A DNA stretch of 64,000 nucleotides from Lama glama (lineage: Eukaryota), in NCBI GenBank assembly GCA_028534125.1, contig CM052820.1, positions 1,674,001 to 1,738,000 on the forward strand, written 5' to 3'. The notes under the pieces are model-generated. The model was not told the origin of the DNA. It searched no databases and saw only the letters and a list, made by a program, of their open reading frames with translations. Below, piece after piece: positions 1 through 13,910 of the stretch (position 1 is the stretch's first letter; each line of letters opens with the position of its first letter). Both the position numbers and the translations under genes were made by a program.

Positions 1-1676
1 GCAGCTCTTCCCCCACCACCCAGACCTCAGCCGAGTCCACACGGGGCTTCCTCAACCACTGGTCCGTTCGCGGGCTGAGGGGAGAGGGCGCCCCTGGGAG
101 CCAGGGCGGCGCAGGGTCCGGCCCCTGTGGAAGGGCCCTGTCAGGGGCTGCCTGGAAGCGGTGAAGCAGGGCCATGTGGCATCAGGAGATGGTGTGTGGG
201 TGGGGCGGTGGCAACAGGGTCACCAGGGGCCAGCCTCAGACCGGCCGTGCACTGGGACTGCCCTGCAGGCCATTTCACGTCCAAAGTTCCTGGCTGAGTG
301 ACGATACCACCAGGTCATCAGCAGGGCAGTCAGACTCTGCCCCTTGTCTGTCCTCCCACGTCCCCTGCCCAAGGACCCCAGACTCCTAGTGTGACTCACG
401 CTCTCCCCATCCACTCCTGGCCCCCATCCACCCCAGGGCCCACCCTGGCCTCCCTCAGCCGCTGCGTGAGGGACAAGCTGGCTGCCCCCACCCTGACCCT
501 CTGGTGCCACACAGCAGCCATTTCACTGTCTGAAATTACTCTGTTCAGTTACCTATTTCTTGCCCTCCCTCCCACCCCCTAACACTTGGGCAGGAAACTC
601 CAAAAGACCGAAGGGTCTGTCCTGCCCTCTGGTCCTAGTGAATTCAGAGGTGCCTGTCCTGCAAAAGAGGACCCAGTGAGGGACTCACCGCTCCCTGCGC
701 CAGCTGCAGCTGCTGGCCCTCCCGACGTGCGGGGCCCAGTGCAACATGGAAACACGGGGCTGCGGCCGAGACAGCGCGTTTAACTGATGGGCGGGTGCTC
801 GACCTTCCGGCGCAGGGCTGGGGTGGGCCCTTCCCCAGCCGGTTCTGGGGCTTTCTCCTGCGTGGTGGCAGTGATGGAGAGGGTGGCAGCCTCTAGTCTG
901 GGGACAGCTCATGCTGGAGTGAGTCGCAGACTCCACCGCAGAAGCACAGTGGCCCACTGTCCGGCTGTTCATTCATAAGCCCGTTTCCTGAAATCTGTGA
1001 AACGTCATCGCCCAGACGGCTCCCGAGGATGCAGGCGGGTTGCCACCTGCCTGCGATAAGGTCACGGTCACACTGCCACGTGCAGGGCTGTGCAGCCACA
1101 CGCCCCGCCAGTCGCCCCTGACTGCACTGGAGGTCCCGCCGGGGCTGAGCCCAGTGACCAGAGCTACTGCTTGTGCCTCTTGAGGGGGTGGGGCCGCTAG
1201 AAGCAGAGCTACAGAAGGGTTGGGAGGCGCGGCTCACAGCACGTGGATGCCGAGGGTCTCCACAGACGGGGTGCCTGCTCCCGGGGCCCCGGGGCGCTTC
1301 CCCTAAAGGCCATCAGACGGGGGCAGATAAGACCATTCACTCTCTCCCCCAACCTAAAAATTCTGCCCCATCCCCAGCACCTGCCCCTCCTCGGGCAGGA
1401 GCACGTCCATGAGTCGCAGGCTGGCTCTTCACTGTCCCTCACCTCCCCTGCACTGATTTTCCTGACGTTTTAGTTCTCTCCACGGCTGTCACAGCATAAC
1501 ACCTCGTGCAGTTGTAAGCCCGAACTGTTTAACAGTCAAGGGGACACAGGGACACACACACAGAGGTCAGCCTGTCTGGAAGCAACACTGCTTTGTCCTG
1601 GCACCACGTCCAGCAGCCGGCGGGGAAAGCAGACATCCAGACACCCAGGATGCTCAGGACGTGGTGGTGGCAGCAG

Positions 1677-1768
1677 GATGGGATGGGACGGTACAGGACA
1701 GGATGGGACAGGACGGGATGGGACAAGACGGGACGGGATGGGACAGGACAGGACAAGACAGGACGGGA
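1677..1768. repeat. Degenerate pentanucleotide microsatellite (GGGAC/GGGAT/AGGAC units)
   Basis: About 18 tandem 5-bp units (ggatg ggatg ggacg gtaca ggaca ggatg ...). It produces the repetitive ORF translations around 1529-1902. Confidence 0.9.
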
Positions 1769-2504
1769 TCAGGTGCAGAAAGCACCCCCGGGCCTGTGCT
1801 CGCAGCTGCTCTTCCTGGAACCCTGCAAGGGCAGCAAAGGAAACTTCAAATAAAAATGGAGGTGCTGAAAGAAGGCACCTGAAGAGAAAGGGGAGAAAAT
1901 GAAACGACGGGAGGCCCGACATCAAGTCAATGCAAAGCCCAGGAGTGGACAGAACAGAGTGGGGAAGATCGCTGACAGGTGATTCAAGGCGTGAAGCTCC
2001 ATCAGGAGACCTGGTGTCCCGGAGGGGGCGCCGTGGGCTCGCCGTGGCCCCAGACGGCCAAGGCCCACAGCCCTTCACTGGGGGATCCGGGAAACTTTCA
2101 GAGCCAGGGAGGGGCGGGGGGCACCAAGGGCCAGCCTTGCGAGTGGCGTCAGATTCTGCAGCAGCTACTCAGGGCAGGAGAAGACCTGAAAGTCGTGAAG
2201 AGAAGTGACTTCTAGACCCAACCCTGTTCTCTGCCAAGTGGGAGCCGGAATAAACACATTTACCAGAGACTCAAAAAACTCATATTCTGTGTGCGATTTC
2301 TCAGGAAGCTCGGGGAGCTGCACAACCAAGGACGAAGGAACACGTGGAGTCTGGGGACGAGGCAGGGCCCCCCCGCCAGGAGACCGCCAAGGGGAGGGGC
2401 CCAGGGGCCCAGGGGCCCGGCTGGGGCCGTGGGGACAGGAGCGAGTCTTCCCGGCCTGAGCGGAGCCTCTGGCCCGCCTGCCCTGGAGCTGAAGCAAAAG
2501 CAGG

Positions 2505-2629
2505 CACAGAGACACACGGGGAACAGAGCCAGTGGTTTACAGTGACTCTAAATGGAGTAGAACCTTTAAAAATTGTACACCTGAATCTTATATAATATCA
2601 TATATCAACTATACATCAATTAAAAAAAA
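2505..2629 (+). mobile_element. LINE-1 extreme 3' end fragment with A-tail
   Basis: 'ctctaaatggagtagaacctttaaaaattgtacacctgaatcttatataatatcatatatcaactatacatcaattaaaaaaaa' resembles the laurasiatherian L1 3' UTR terminus. Recognised from memory, not searched. Confidence 0.7.
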
Positions 2630-2859
2630 TCCAGGCTCCCAGAAAACTAAGCAAATGAAAAAAGCGATCAACTTCAGGATAAAGGAAAGTTACACAGGAA
2701 AGGAAGGGCAGCCCCGGTCACCATGGGTTCAAGCTGCACTTTCTGTGCCTTGTGGTCACGACACAGGGCCAGGCAGGGCCCAGCAGGGCGGGGCAGGGCC
2801 GCTGTTCCTGGCATGAGCCTTGTGAGGTTGTTTGATTTATGCACATTTGTTTACTCTGA

Positions 2860-3830
2860 TAATGACAAAAGAGAACTCTAGAAAGACAAATGACAGGCTG
2901 GAGTATGATCTTCGCAGGACACACGACACAGGATAGTACATAACATATAAAGAGTGTCCACAAAGCAACGAGAAAACAGTGCCTGGGAAAAAGGACGGGG
3001 GAACAGCCACCAAACACCACACAGGGAGGGACCCTCCCCGTGTGACCGGCGTGGTTCCAGACGCTGGGCACGGGAACGTGCTGGACCAGAAAGACAGCCC
3101 GGCTCAAGGGCACGGGCCACCCGGCACCCACAGGAGTGAGACACAGCGGTTTGGCAGCATGGCACGAAGCTCACTTTTGAGGAGGGAAGATGAAAGATAA
3201 AGTCACCCAAACTTTCCTAACAGTGGCAGAACTGCTCGTGGAAACGTCAGAGATCCCGACTTCTGCGTCAGGCTGGCTACAGTGAGCCTGAAGCACCCCG
3301 TCACCCAGGGGACGAGGGCCTCTCGTGAGCCGCTGGTGGGATGCGGTGTGCTCGTTCTTGTAGGGTGCGCAGCCTCTTTTGAGCTGGCAGTCCCATTTTT
3401 AGGATGCTATCCTCCAGAAACAGTGAACAGAGGTACCCATGTTTGCTGGCAAAATAAAAACCAGGAAACAGTTACAACTTCTACGATACTTGCACACTGG
3501 AGTCATATGGAAAAAGGCGCTGATAGTCACACACTGAAACGGCTGGTGTCCGTGGTATAACATTGGATAGAGAATAAAGTAACAGGCCGAAATGCAAAGC
3601 CAGTGTTTTGGTGGAGAAAAAGACCACACACATATCTCACACACACAGACACACACCTCCATGCACAGGCACAGGCACAGGCACAGATGGTACCTGGACA
3701 GACAGATGCCAAACCGATCACAGGAGAGCCTCCCGGAAGTCGGACTCAGGACGTGTGCCTTTTGCAGATGTTTTAATTTGTTATAAGTATGCATTGCTTT
3801 CGTGAATTTTTTTAGATTAAAAAAGCACTT
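2860..3830 (+). mobile_element. Old, decayed LINE-1 (L1ME-like) remnants
   Basis: A-rich patches such as 'gaaagacaaatgacaggctggagtatgatcttcgca...atataaagagtgtccacaaagcaacgagaaaa' resemble the 3' part of L1 ORF2. Boundaries are approximate. Includes short (CA)n and (GCACAG)n repeats at about 3625-3686. Confidence 0.45.
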
Positions 3831-6752
3831 TACGTGAAGCTTAACGCTGGAACCGTCTACACCCTCTTCCTGCTAAATCAATCGACTCAGTGTCTTGTCT
3901 GAGATGGCCGTCCAGCTCAGATACGAATGAGCGTATCTGGGAAAGGCCAGGTCCACATCACACCGGGGATGTCCCACACGAGAAGCAGTTTGAGTCTGAC
4001 AGACATCAAGGTTTGAAGGGAGCCCTTCTCGATGTCATAGCTGCCTGGTACTTAACCAAACTCGCCATGTCTAGGCGTTCCTTTGGAAAAGCACAACACA
4101 GCCTTTTTAAAAACCTCCTGAATACTCTCTTATCCGTGTTTTCAAAGAGCACAAAGTTGACGGAAGACAGCCAAGCACGAAGGCCCCAGTGGTGGCGGGA
4201 AGCTCGGGGACCAGCGCTGTGGGCACCGCAGCGAACGTGCTTCTCCCCGCCAGGCAGCTCAGAAAGGGGAGGCGCCCTGGCCCGGCCCAGCAGGAGCCGC
4301 GGGCATCCGTCCCACGACATCTGACGGCACGAGACACACCCAAGTGAAGCCGGGCTCGGGCTGACGTTGTCCCTAACTGCCACTTCCACAGACCACAGAG
4401 CCTGTCGCAAATCGCACAGCCCGGTCCAGCCCGGGCGGTGCCAGCCCTGCTGCCCAGGGTACAGATGCGCACACCCGCTTGGCGAGGCTGTCCGCCCTGG
4501 CGCCCAGGCGGCGAGGCCCAGGCTGACGGCACAGCTCTTCCTCCCCAAGTCGCGCAGCTTCAGCCAGCGAGGGAGAAACCTGGCACGTTTCCCGCATCGC
4601 GACGATCACCTGACATTCCCCACGGAGAACGCAAGCCCGGCCACCACTGCTGGGAGGTGCAGGGCGGGGTGAGCGTCCTAGAAGGAGGGCTAGGGGATCC
4701 CCGGCTGCAGAAGTGAATTCAGGACAGAGGTGAATGTTTTTGGCGCCCAGCTCCATGCAAGGACCACTCAGGAGCTCCACACCCCAAACCAGCCCGGCCT
4801 TCTCCAGCCCACAGTTGGCGGAGGCCTGCCGTCAGAGAAGGAGCTCTCGACAAGGCTGAGGTGAGCGGCTTCCCACTGGGCATAAAGCAAACGGCCAGCA
4901 CAACTGCGCCGACGCCAGCCAGGCCTGCAGCACGAGCCAGCGCAGAGCCGGCGGCCACAGAAGCCGGAGATTAGCGGGGACCTCGGGGACCAGATCGTGG
5001 GCCACGTGGCTGGCGGGGAGCAGCAGGTCGGAGCCAGCGTGGGTTCACGGTCCTGCATCCAGAGTCCCCGGGGCCCTGCGACAGATGAGCTGTGCCAGCT
5101 CTGGGACCGGTGAGGGGGGAGGGTCTCCAGGCGATGCTGACTGAGTCTGCCTGGGCCAGGCAGGGCCAGAGCGAACGCCTGCCCGTGGACAGGACCCTGT
5201 CCGACCGTGAGTGGGGTGTGGGCACGTGCGGGGAGCTGCTCGGGGCCAGACGATGTTCTGACTTCTCACGGGGCCTCAGTGGGAAGGGACAGACGTGCTT
5301 TCCCGCAAGGAAGCCCCAGCGAGAGGCGGACGGCCCTGCTGGGCAGCCCGGCGCTCAGCCCCGCACGTCCATCTCCCACGTCCACTGCCCCGGGCGCCAC
5401 CTGGCCACCCCCAGGGCTGGGGGATATGCCGCACACTCAGTGCACCCACTTCATGGTGAGGAGCTGAGGCCAGGGAGAGGCTGTCATGGGGCACGGAGCT
5501 GCAGACCCGGGGGAGCCCCACCCGAGCGGCCGGACCGTGACCCACTGGCCACAAGGCGAGCAACCCCTGGCTCCACTCCCCGGGGCAGGCGCGGTCTCCG
5601 TCTCCTCGCCCCGGGTCTCCCTCCCAGCACAGCGCCCCGCTTGCTGACTTGGGTTTGGGGGTCACAGCCTGAGTCTGCAGGATCAGGGCGTGCAGGGCAG
5701 TGCAGGGGAGCCGCCCCCATCACAACAGAACCTATTTCTGTGGAGCCTGCGGTGTGTCTCTGGGTAAAACCCACGGCCCTTCTCAGCAAACATGAGTGAC
5801 AGCCACACACTGACACCGGAGAGACGAAGACAGACGACAGGCTTTCACCTTCCCCAGTAAAGGGTCCAGGTCCAGGGCCCAAATGCAGCCCCGCCTGCAT
5901 GCTGAGGTCCAGCCCGAGGGACGCAGCCGCCCCCCATGCACCTGGGATGTCGGTCAGCCCTACTGAGGCTGAACTGTAATCTCCCCGTTCACTTCCAGCC
6001 CTCGATTCCAGGTTTGCGACACCAAGCCCTCCCTGGAGCACAGCTCTGCCAACTGAGAGGCCACACGGCTGCTGTCTTTGGGACGGGGCAGCAGGGGCGT
6101 CCCCAGCCCCATCTCAACACCCATCGCTTGGGTGAAGCTGCTTTAAAGCATTTCTGTCTGGAATGGACCAAACCCCTTCAGATCAAACAAACTTTGTGCT
6201 TATGAGAAGCAGCTGTGTAGCAGACCCACTCCCACCTAGCAGGGCCGGGACCCCCACAGCACCCTCAGCCGCGGGCTCCAGCTGCCGCCCCCAGACCAGC
6301 GTGCCCTTCATCCACCAGCAGCCAGGCCCTCACCGCTCGGTCACTCCTTCTCTGGCCCCTGCCCTTCTGGCCACCCCAGTGCACTGCCCACCCAATCTGA
6401 TCTGTCTTCAAAGTCACCACCCACTTACACCGTCACCACTAGAGAAAGTCCAAGAGACCCCAGGCGGGCAGCCTGCTTGTGTCTAAACACCTTCTCCTTC
6501 TGGTTTGTGGCAGAACCCCTCCAGGCCACCCTAAGACGTCTCTGCAGGAGGGCAGAGTGTTTCTTCCTTGTACAAATGTCCCTCCCAATCTGGAAACCCT
6601 GGCTGCTCCCCGCTGAGGGCCAAACCCTGACTGGCTCTCTCGCTGAAGGCACTTGAGGCCCGTCACGCAGGGCTGCCGTGTCCCCTGCTCACCAAGGGCC
6701 CCCGCGGACTGCGACCGAGCAGAGCACACCGCCAAAAGGGATGCTAGCGTCA

Positions 6753-7172
<420 letters not shown>

Positions 7173-10100
7173 TCAGCCCAGCTAGGTGGCCGGCCTCCGA
7201 GGCAAACTGGCCTTCTCTCTGGGGCAAGACTGAAATGAAATAAAACCAACCGTGAACCAGCGGACACGTGCTGGCCGCAGCCTCTGCTGACCGCGGGCCT
7301 GCGGTCCTGGCGCCGGGGCTCTGCCCTGCCCCTTCCCCTCGGGCAGCTCCTGACCTGGTCGGTTCTGAGGCTACACGGGGGTCACCACCGGCCACAGAGG
7401 GGCCTCCCCTGGGGCGCGGAGGGCAGAGGGAGATGGGGGCTCCAGGTGTAGGGAACACAGGAGCGTCAGAGGCAGCTGAGACCTGGTGGGGGCGCTGCGG
7501 GGACAAGTGCTGGTGGTGTCAGGGTCCTCAAGGGCAGAAGCCACGTGGAGACGTCCCTTCAGCATAAAGTATACAGTCTGCATCCGTGCCTTCACAGGAC
7601 AGTCACCCCAGCCATCTCCCCTTCCTCGGGAATGAGGGGTGACAGCAACCACACTGCCCTGGGAGCTGAGCCAGGACATTTACTGCCTTTATGAACAGTG
7701 GGCACAGCTCAAAAATCCTTACGATGAGTAGACTGGGCAGCGGTCAGGAGGGGCTTGGGGGGGGGTCCGGCCTCGGAATGGGGGGGGGCTGGCTGCACTC
7801 AGGAGAGCCTGCAGCGACTTCCTTTGACGGGGCCGCCCGCTGAGCCTTGCCGGAGGCACTGGAGGTGTAACGAAATCTGTGAGTCTTTAAACTGTGTAAT
7901 CTGCTTAATGGCTTGAAACCAATTTGCCAACTTGCTTATTTGGAATTTGTTAGACTATTTATTTGAATACACAGTACTCCACATCCGTGCACCTGGTGTT
8001 ATTTGAATTAAGAGTGTGAGCTCTTAAATGCTTACAGGTGGATATTGAAATATTGGAGAGCAAACTGGTGCAGAGAACGTGATGCTCAGAGAGCAGTGCA
8101 ACGACTGCAGCCCGTGTGCCCCATGAGAAGTGCTCAGGGAGCCCAGAGAACAGCCCAGCGGGGTGGTGTCCCCGCCGCCGCCACCACCCAGGGCACACCG
8201 CCTCCATCAGGACATGCTCAGGGATGCCAGGGCGGGAGCTCAGGGTGGGACAGGCCACCCTGCTGCTGGCTGCACCCTCGCCAGCGGGTTCTACCAGGCC
8301 TCAGGGAGCCACTCCCGCACAATCTCACTGAAGGTCTGAGGCAACTCTCTATAATTCATCACATCTTCAGGTCCTGTCCTCCGTGCAGCACGGCCTTGGC
8401 CAGTTTCGCGCCAAGCTATAACCTGAGAAAAACTTTACTTTCTCTTTCGTAAGAAACACAGAAAAAGGCTCTGTGTGTTACGCGATTTGAAAACACAGTG
8501 ATTACTAATGAAATGTTATTGTAGACACTAATCACCATTGTCGTTCCACATTAGTGGTGGAGTCTGTTTGTGATTAAGCCAGAAGCTGGAAAAGCTAGTT
8601 GTCTGAGATCTAACAGGCTTTCTCTTCTGTTCTGGTCCCTTGCGCACCGAGGCCGTCAGTGTTCAGGTCCTTACTTTCTCGTCCAGACTCAAAATGAGTG
8701 AGATGAGGAGGCAGCTGGCGGGGCTCCGCGTGGTGTGCTGCCCGAGAGCCCTGGGCAGGCCTGTTCCGCACGGTCTAGGGGAGAATTCCAGGCATCGGGA
8801 GCAGGCGGCCGGACCAACCCAGCTGGTACCATCACAGGTGACTGACGCCAGGCTTCACAAGAGTGACTCAGGTCACGCACAGCAGCCTAACTCCCCCGAG
8901 CCGGGCAAAGCCAGGGAAGACAGCTCATCACGACGTGACGGTGATGCTCAGGCCTCCTTGAGAGGCCAAGAGAAGGGCTTCTCGGGGACAACACACATCG
9001 TCTGCCCTCCGGTGGGACAGCCACGCCAGTCACACAGCCCGGGGCTGACACCTGCCCCAGCGAGCAAGGGTCTGGGCGTGTGAGCCCAAGTCAACCCTGT
9101 GCCTGGCTGCATGTGCCCTCACACTCACCCCCCCACGCATCCCACCCCCGTGCGCCCCCCACACCCAGGACTCACCCCATCCCACCCGCACGCACAGTCA
9201 CCCACTCCCACGTGCGTGCGCGCGCACACCCACACACACACCCCCTCTGCAGGGCCGTCTTCTGCCCACCTCCGCCCTGACCATCACCGACCTTCCACGC
9301 TTCCGACCCCTCGTCCAGCCCGGGGAGGGCGGCTCTGTCGTACATCTGCCGCCATCCTGGTTAACTGAAAGGGCATCTTTTCTTAACGACAACCCCTTCT
9401 GACGAAGACTGCAGCGCAAACATGCCTTGTTTCCTCTCTAAAGGTTACTTTGACTGCAATACGGAATAATGCTAGACGCAGACTCGCCTGTTCAAATTCT
9501 GTCAACAGCTGGCCTTTCCCGTTACAGATTTATCCAAGTGACTTAAATAAAACTTTCCATCACTCACACCAGCCTTGGCCAACAGCAAGCTACGCGAGCG
9601 GCTGTAAACGTTACCGTGAGCACAGAGAAAGCGGCGGCAGGAGCCCCAGTCTCCTCCTGCCCCTGCACACCCAGCATCCCGTTGTCTCAACGCGCAGCCT
9701 GTCTGCAAGCGTCCACGAGACAGTCACAGTTGCGTTTCACGCCGAGGCTCGAGGTCCAGCGTGCCTGATGGTGGCAGCTCGCCTCAGTTTCCACCCCGGT
9801 TTCAATGCTCAGAAGCCAAGCGTGGCTGGGGGCTGCCGCAGTAGACAGCGCAGACTCGCACCGAGTCTAAAGGGGACACTTCTGATGCGTGTCCACCGTG
9901 GAACCGCCACTCCGGTAACGACCCAGGATGGTGTCGTCCCCACTGGCAGCGCCCTCTGCCCTCTGGGAGGAACCTCCACCCCTTTCTCCTGTGTTTTCTT
10001 CTGGAAGTTTTAACAATCCAGCTTTCACGTTCAGTCTACGGCATTTAAGCTGGTTCTTTCCAGCAAAGTTTTCCCACCACGCAGCAAGAGACTGTGTGGT

Positions 10101-12147
10101 TCACTCCATGATTTGGTCTGGTTTGGGGGACAAAACAAGAAAGCTGCTAAAAGCCATCCCCATTCCAGCCTGCTCACCCCAACCCCTCGGGGAAGAGGGC
10201 TCTCCCCACCAAATGCTAAACCCAGACAAGCAAGCCTCATCCAGGCCGGGGATGTGATCGAGGCCGCCCTACTCCCCAGGAGCAGCCGTGTCAGTCCCTC
10301 CTGACCCTGGGAAGCCCTGCAGGCCCCCATCTCCCCCACCTCGCCTCCCAGGTGCACCTTGTTCACACTCCTCCCCAAAGCCCTTCTCAATTCCAACCTC
10401 TCAGGGCGGTGCCTGCAGCTCTGCCCAGGGCCACCCACTCCCTGGGAGCCCCAGGACTAGGGGGACGCACTTTCCCCACCGACGGGCTCCACCCTGCCCA
10501 CCACCTGCAAGCCCATCATCATGGCCTCCCTTCCTGCCAGCCCGGCCCCCCACGACCTACTCATGGGGGGTTCTGGCACTGGCCACTCCAGTCTTCCCCT
10601 CATGTCACTGTGGCCCCCATCCAAGAGCTCCAGTGTGGTCAACCACAACCCCGGCTCCCCCCTACCCTCTCTGGGCCCGCAGCCTTCGTACGGCTACCGC
10701 TGTAGCCCCCTCGCTGGTGGCGCCTCTCAGGACAGCTCCCTCTTCTGAAATGGCTCCTGGGTGCTTCCTCGCCCGCTGATCACATCTTCTGAGTGTTCCC
10801 TCCTGCGTCCCAACCCCTCCCACCCAGGACCTGGGAGCCCCTCCCCTCACTGCCGTACAGGCTGACTCCGGGGTCCCCTCCTCCACCCCAGCTTCTTTCC
10901 TGCCGCCTTCAGCTCAACAGCACGGACAACATCTCAACAGCTACCTAACCTACTGCGTTTGGGGCATCAGGCTGCACCCCCCAAAGGGGAACAATGGAGC
11001 TTCCGTGCAGCAAATCCCAGGGGGCTGGCACAGGTGGAGAGGCCGAGAATCAGTGTGACCTCAACGTGGGGTCTCCGGGTGCGCTGCCAGCAGAACTAAC
11101 CATGAACCCCCCAACTCTCTGTCGCTCTCGGGTGCGCGGCTGTCATTTACGGCTGTTCAGGGACCACGGTGGCCTTCACTGCCTGGGCGGTGGAGCTGCA
11201 CACACCAGCACCCTGCTTGCTGTGAGCACAGCTCACGTGTCTGTGCGACGTGCAGCGGCCGCAGACACTCGGGGGGAGACAGTCTTGGAATAAAGTGCCT
11301 TTCAGGTCGTTTCAGGACCCCCGGTGTCGCCTGCTGGAGCATGAGGGCTCGTTTCAACGGGATTCGGCGGCATTTCTGTACAAACCGCCGTCCACTTTGG
11401 GGCCCCAGAGGGCTACACTTTTCCCCCAGTGAAATGAATGATAATTATCTTTGATTTATGAAAACCACCCTATGATGTTTCTTCCAGAATGAAATTACTC
11501 TCGAAAGCAGCAGAAACTTATATTCGAAGCAAAACCCTGTGAGGCACCTGACCAGGTTTAAAGCCACATGGCTTGGTGACTCCATTTCAAACTCAGCCGG
11601 TGTCAATGGCCAGCCTCTGAGCTGCGCGAGCCTGGAGGACGGCCCCTCCGCCCACGGCATCCTCCATCAGGTAAAGGCCCGTGGAACACGCACCCACTCT
11701 CTTCAGTTCTGAGCATGAACAAGGCACTTCCGTGGTCTCTGTGGCTGACGAGGCGCCGGGAGGGGTTCTCAGTATATAAACAATGAAAATAGCGCAGGAA
11801 CCTTTGACTTGCTTAAGAACCAACACTGGGCAGAAACCCAGGAGGTGCACACGGACAATCCAGACCAGAGCTTCGGTTTAGGAGGCAGCTTTTGTGGCCA
11901 AAATACAGCCTGAGAAGCCGAGAAAATGGTCAGGCACCAGCCCACGAGCACCCACATCTGGGCGACGCCTCGTGCATTCACCTCCTGACCACTCGGGTCC
12001 CACCAGGTGCTGCCGGGCCCAGGGCTGGGGGGCGTGGTTTCTCACTCCACGCCCTCCCACCTGCCTTACAGGCGACGAGCTGAGTGCCACTCAAATCCAC
12101 CCCATCACGCGTGCCGGGCAGTGGGAGGGGACCCGCCCCTGCACTTA

Positions 12148-12447
<300 letters not shown>

Positions 12448-13410
12448 GAGAACCTTCTTCCCAGGAACGGCTTTACATACCTGCCTCCCATTTAAAATGC
12501 AGGTGGAAGCAGCAGAAAAACCTACTGTACTGAACACAAACCCCGCCACAGGGAGCTGTAATATGCACACATAAAAGAAGGTCTGAATTAGGCTTCTTTC
12601 TCACTGCAGCAAAGAGACAGAGCAGAGCTTCTGTGCAAAGCGAAGCATCGCAGCCCCGAGCAGCGAGAAAGGGACGGAGCGTCCCCGGGGCAGGCAGGAC
12701 AAGGCTCCCGCAAAGGAGGCAGCCAGGCCCCCGGGAACCCTTTCAGGGATGTCCCTGTTCCTTCCAGCCTACAGCTACCTACTCAGGCGAAGCACACGTC
12801 ACCAGGCTGGACTGAAGCTGACAGCTCGTGTTTCGTGGTTTTCTTGTGGGAGTGGCGGTGACTCAACTCATTAAAGAAAACTGGCAAACTTGAGAAACAG
12901 ACACACAGAGACCCGGAACCCACCACCCAAATCCAAGGTCTGCTGGCACCAAATCTGCTTTCCGTAGAGCTGCCATCGGACCACACAGCACCTGGGACCC
13001 ATCCTTCCGTCAGAAACGAGGTGAGAACCTCCCTGTCGTCACACAGACTGCAAACAGCATTTTTAATGGTGGGCAAAAGCTTCATGAGGTGAGCAAAGTG
13101 TACTTCACAAAACCGTTTCCTGACTGGAGAGCTCTTCAGACGTTGCCCCTGTGGTTCTGTGGGAACCATGCTGCACCAGCATCTTTGAGGAGCTGTCACC
13201 GACCGCGTTTAGGAGCGTTTCCTCAGGAGAGATCAGCGAAGTGACTACGTCTAACGAACACAGCGTACAGCCCTGGGTGCATCTTCTGAGCCGTTCTCCA
13301 AAACGCCTCCACACGGTACCTCTGTCTCTGCCTAGCACTGCTCGGAAGCCCCCGACCCCGCGTCTCCACCCGCGCCCGGGAGCGCCCCCCCCACCGCGTC
13401 CTCACGCGCA

Positions 13411-13910
13411 NNNNNNNNNNNNNNNNNNNNNNNNNNNNNNNNNNNNNNNNNNNNNNNNNNNNNNNNNNNNNNNNNNNNNNNNNNNNNNNNNNNNNNNNNN
13501 NNNNNNNNNNNNNNNNNNNNNNNNNNNNNNNNNNNNNNNNNNNNNNNNNNNNNNNNNNNNNNNNNNNNNNNNNNNNNNNNNNNNNNNNNNNNNNNNNNNN
13601 NNNNNNNNNNNNNNNNNNNNNNNNNNNNNNNNNNNNNNNNNNNNNNNNNNNNNNNNNNNNNNNNNNNNNNNNNNNNNNNNNNNNNNNNNNNNNNNNNNNN
13701 NNNNNNNNNNNNNNNNNNNNNNNNNNNNNNNNNNNNNNNNNNNNNNNNNNNNNNNNNNNNNNNNNNNNNNNNNNNNNNNNNNNNNNNNNNNNNNNNNNNN
13801 NNNNNNNNNNNNNNNNNNNNNNNNNNNNNNNNNNNNNNNNNNNNNNNNNNNNNNNNNNNNNNNNNNNNNNNNNNNNNNNNNNNNNNNNNNNNNNNNNNNN
13901 NNNNNNNNNN
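13411..13910. other. Assembly gap (500 N) at the orientation switch of the HDAC4 exons
   Basis: Round-number N run. Exons are on the - strand to its left and the + strand to its right. Confidence 0.99.

Noticed and set aside
680-800. Strong minus-strand donor (CG|GTGAGT near 683-690) as a cryptic or missing exon
   Set aside because: The upstream translation does not resemble HDAC4 exon 8 or 9, and such motifs occur often by chance.
1677-1768. Short repeat arrays as a CRISPR-like or coding repeat system
   Set aside because: Simple tandem units with no spacers, in a eukaryotic intron.
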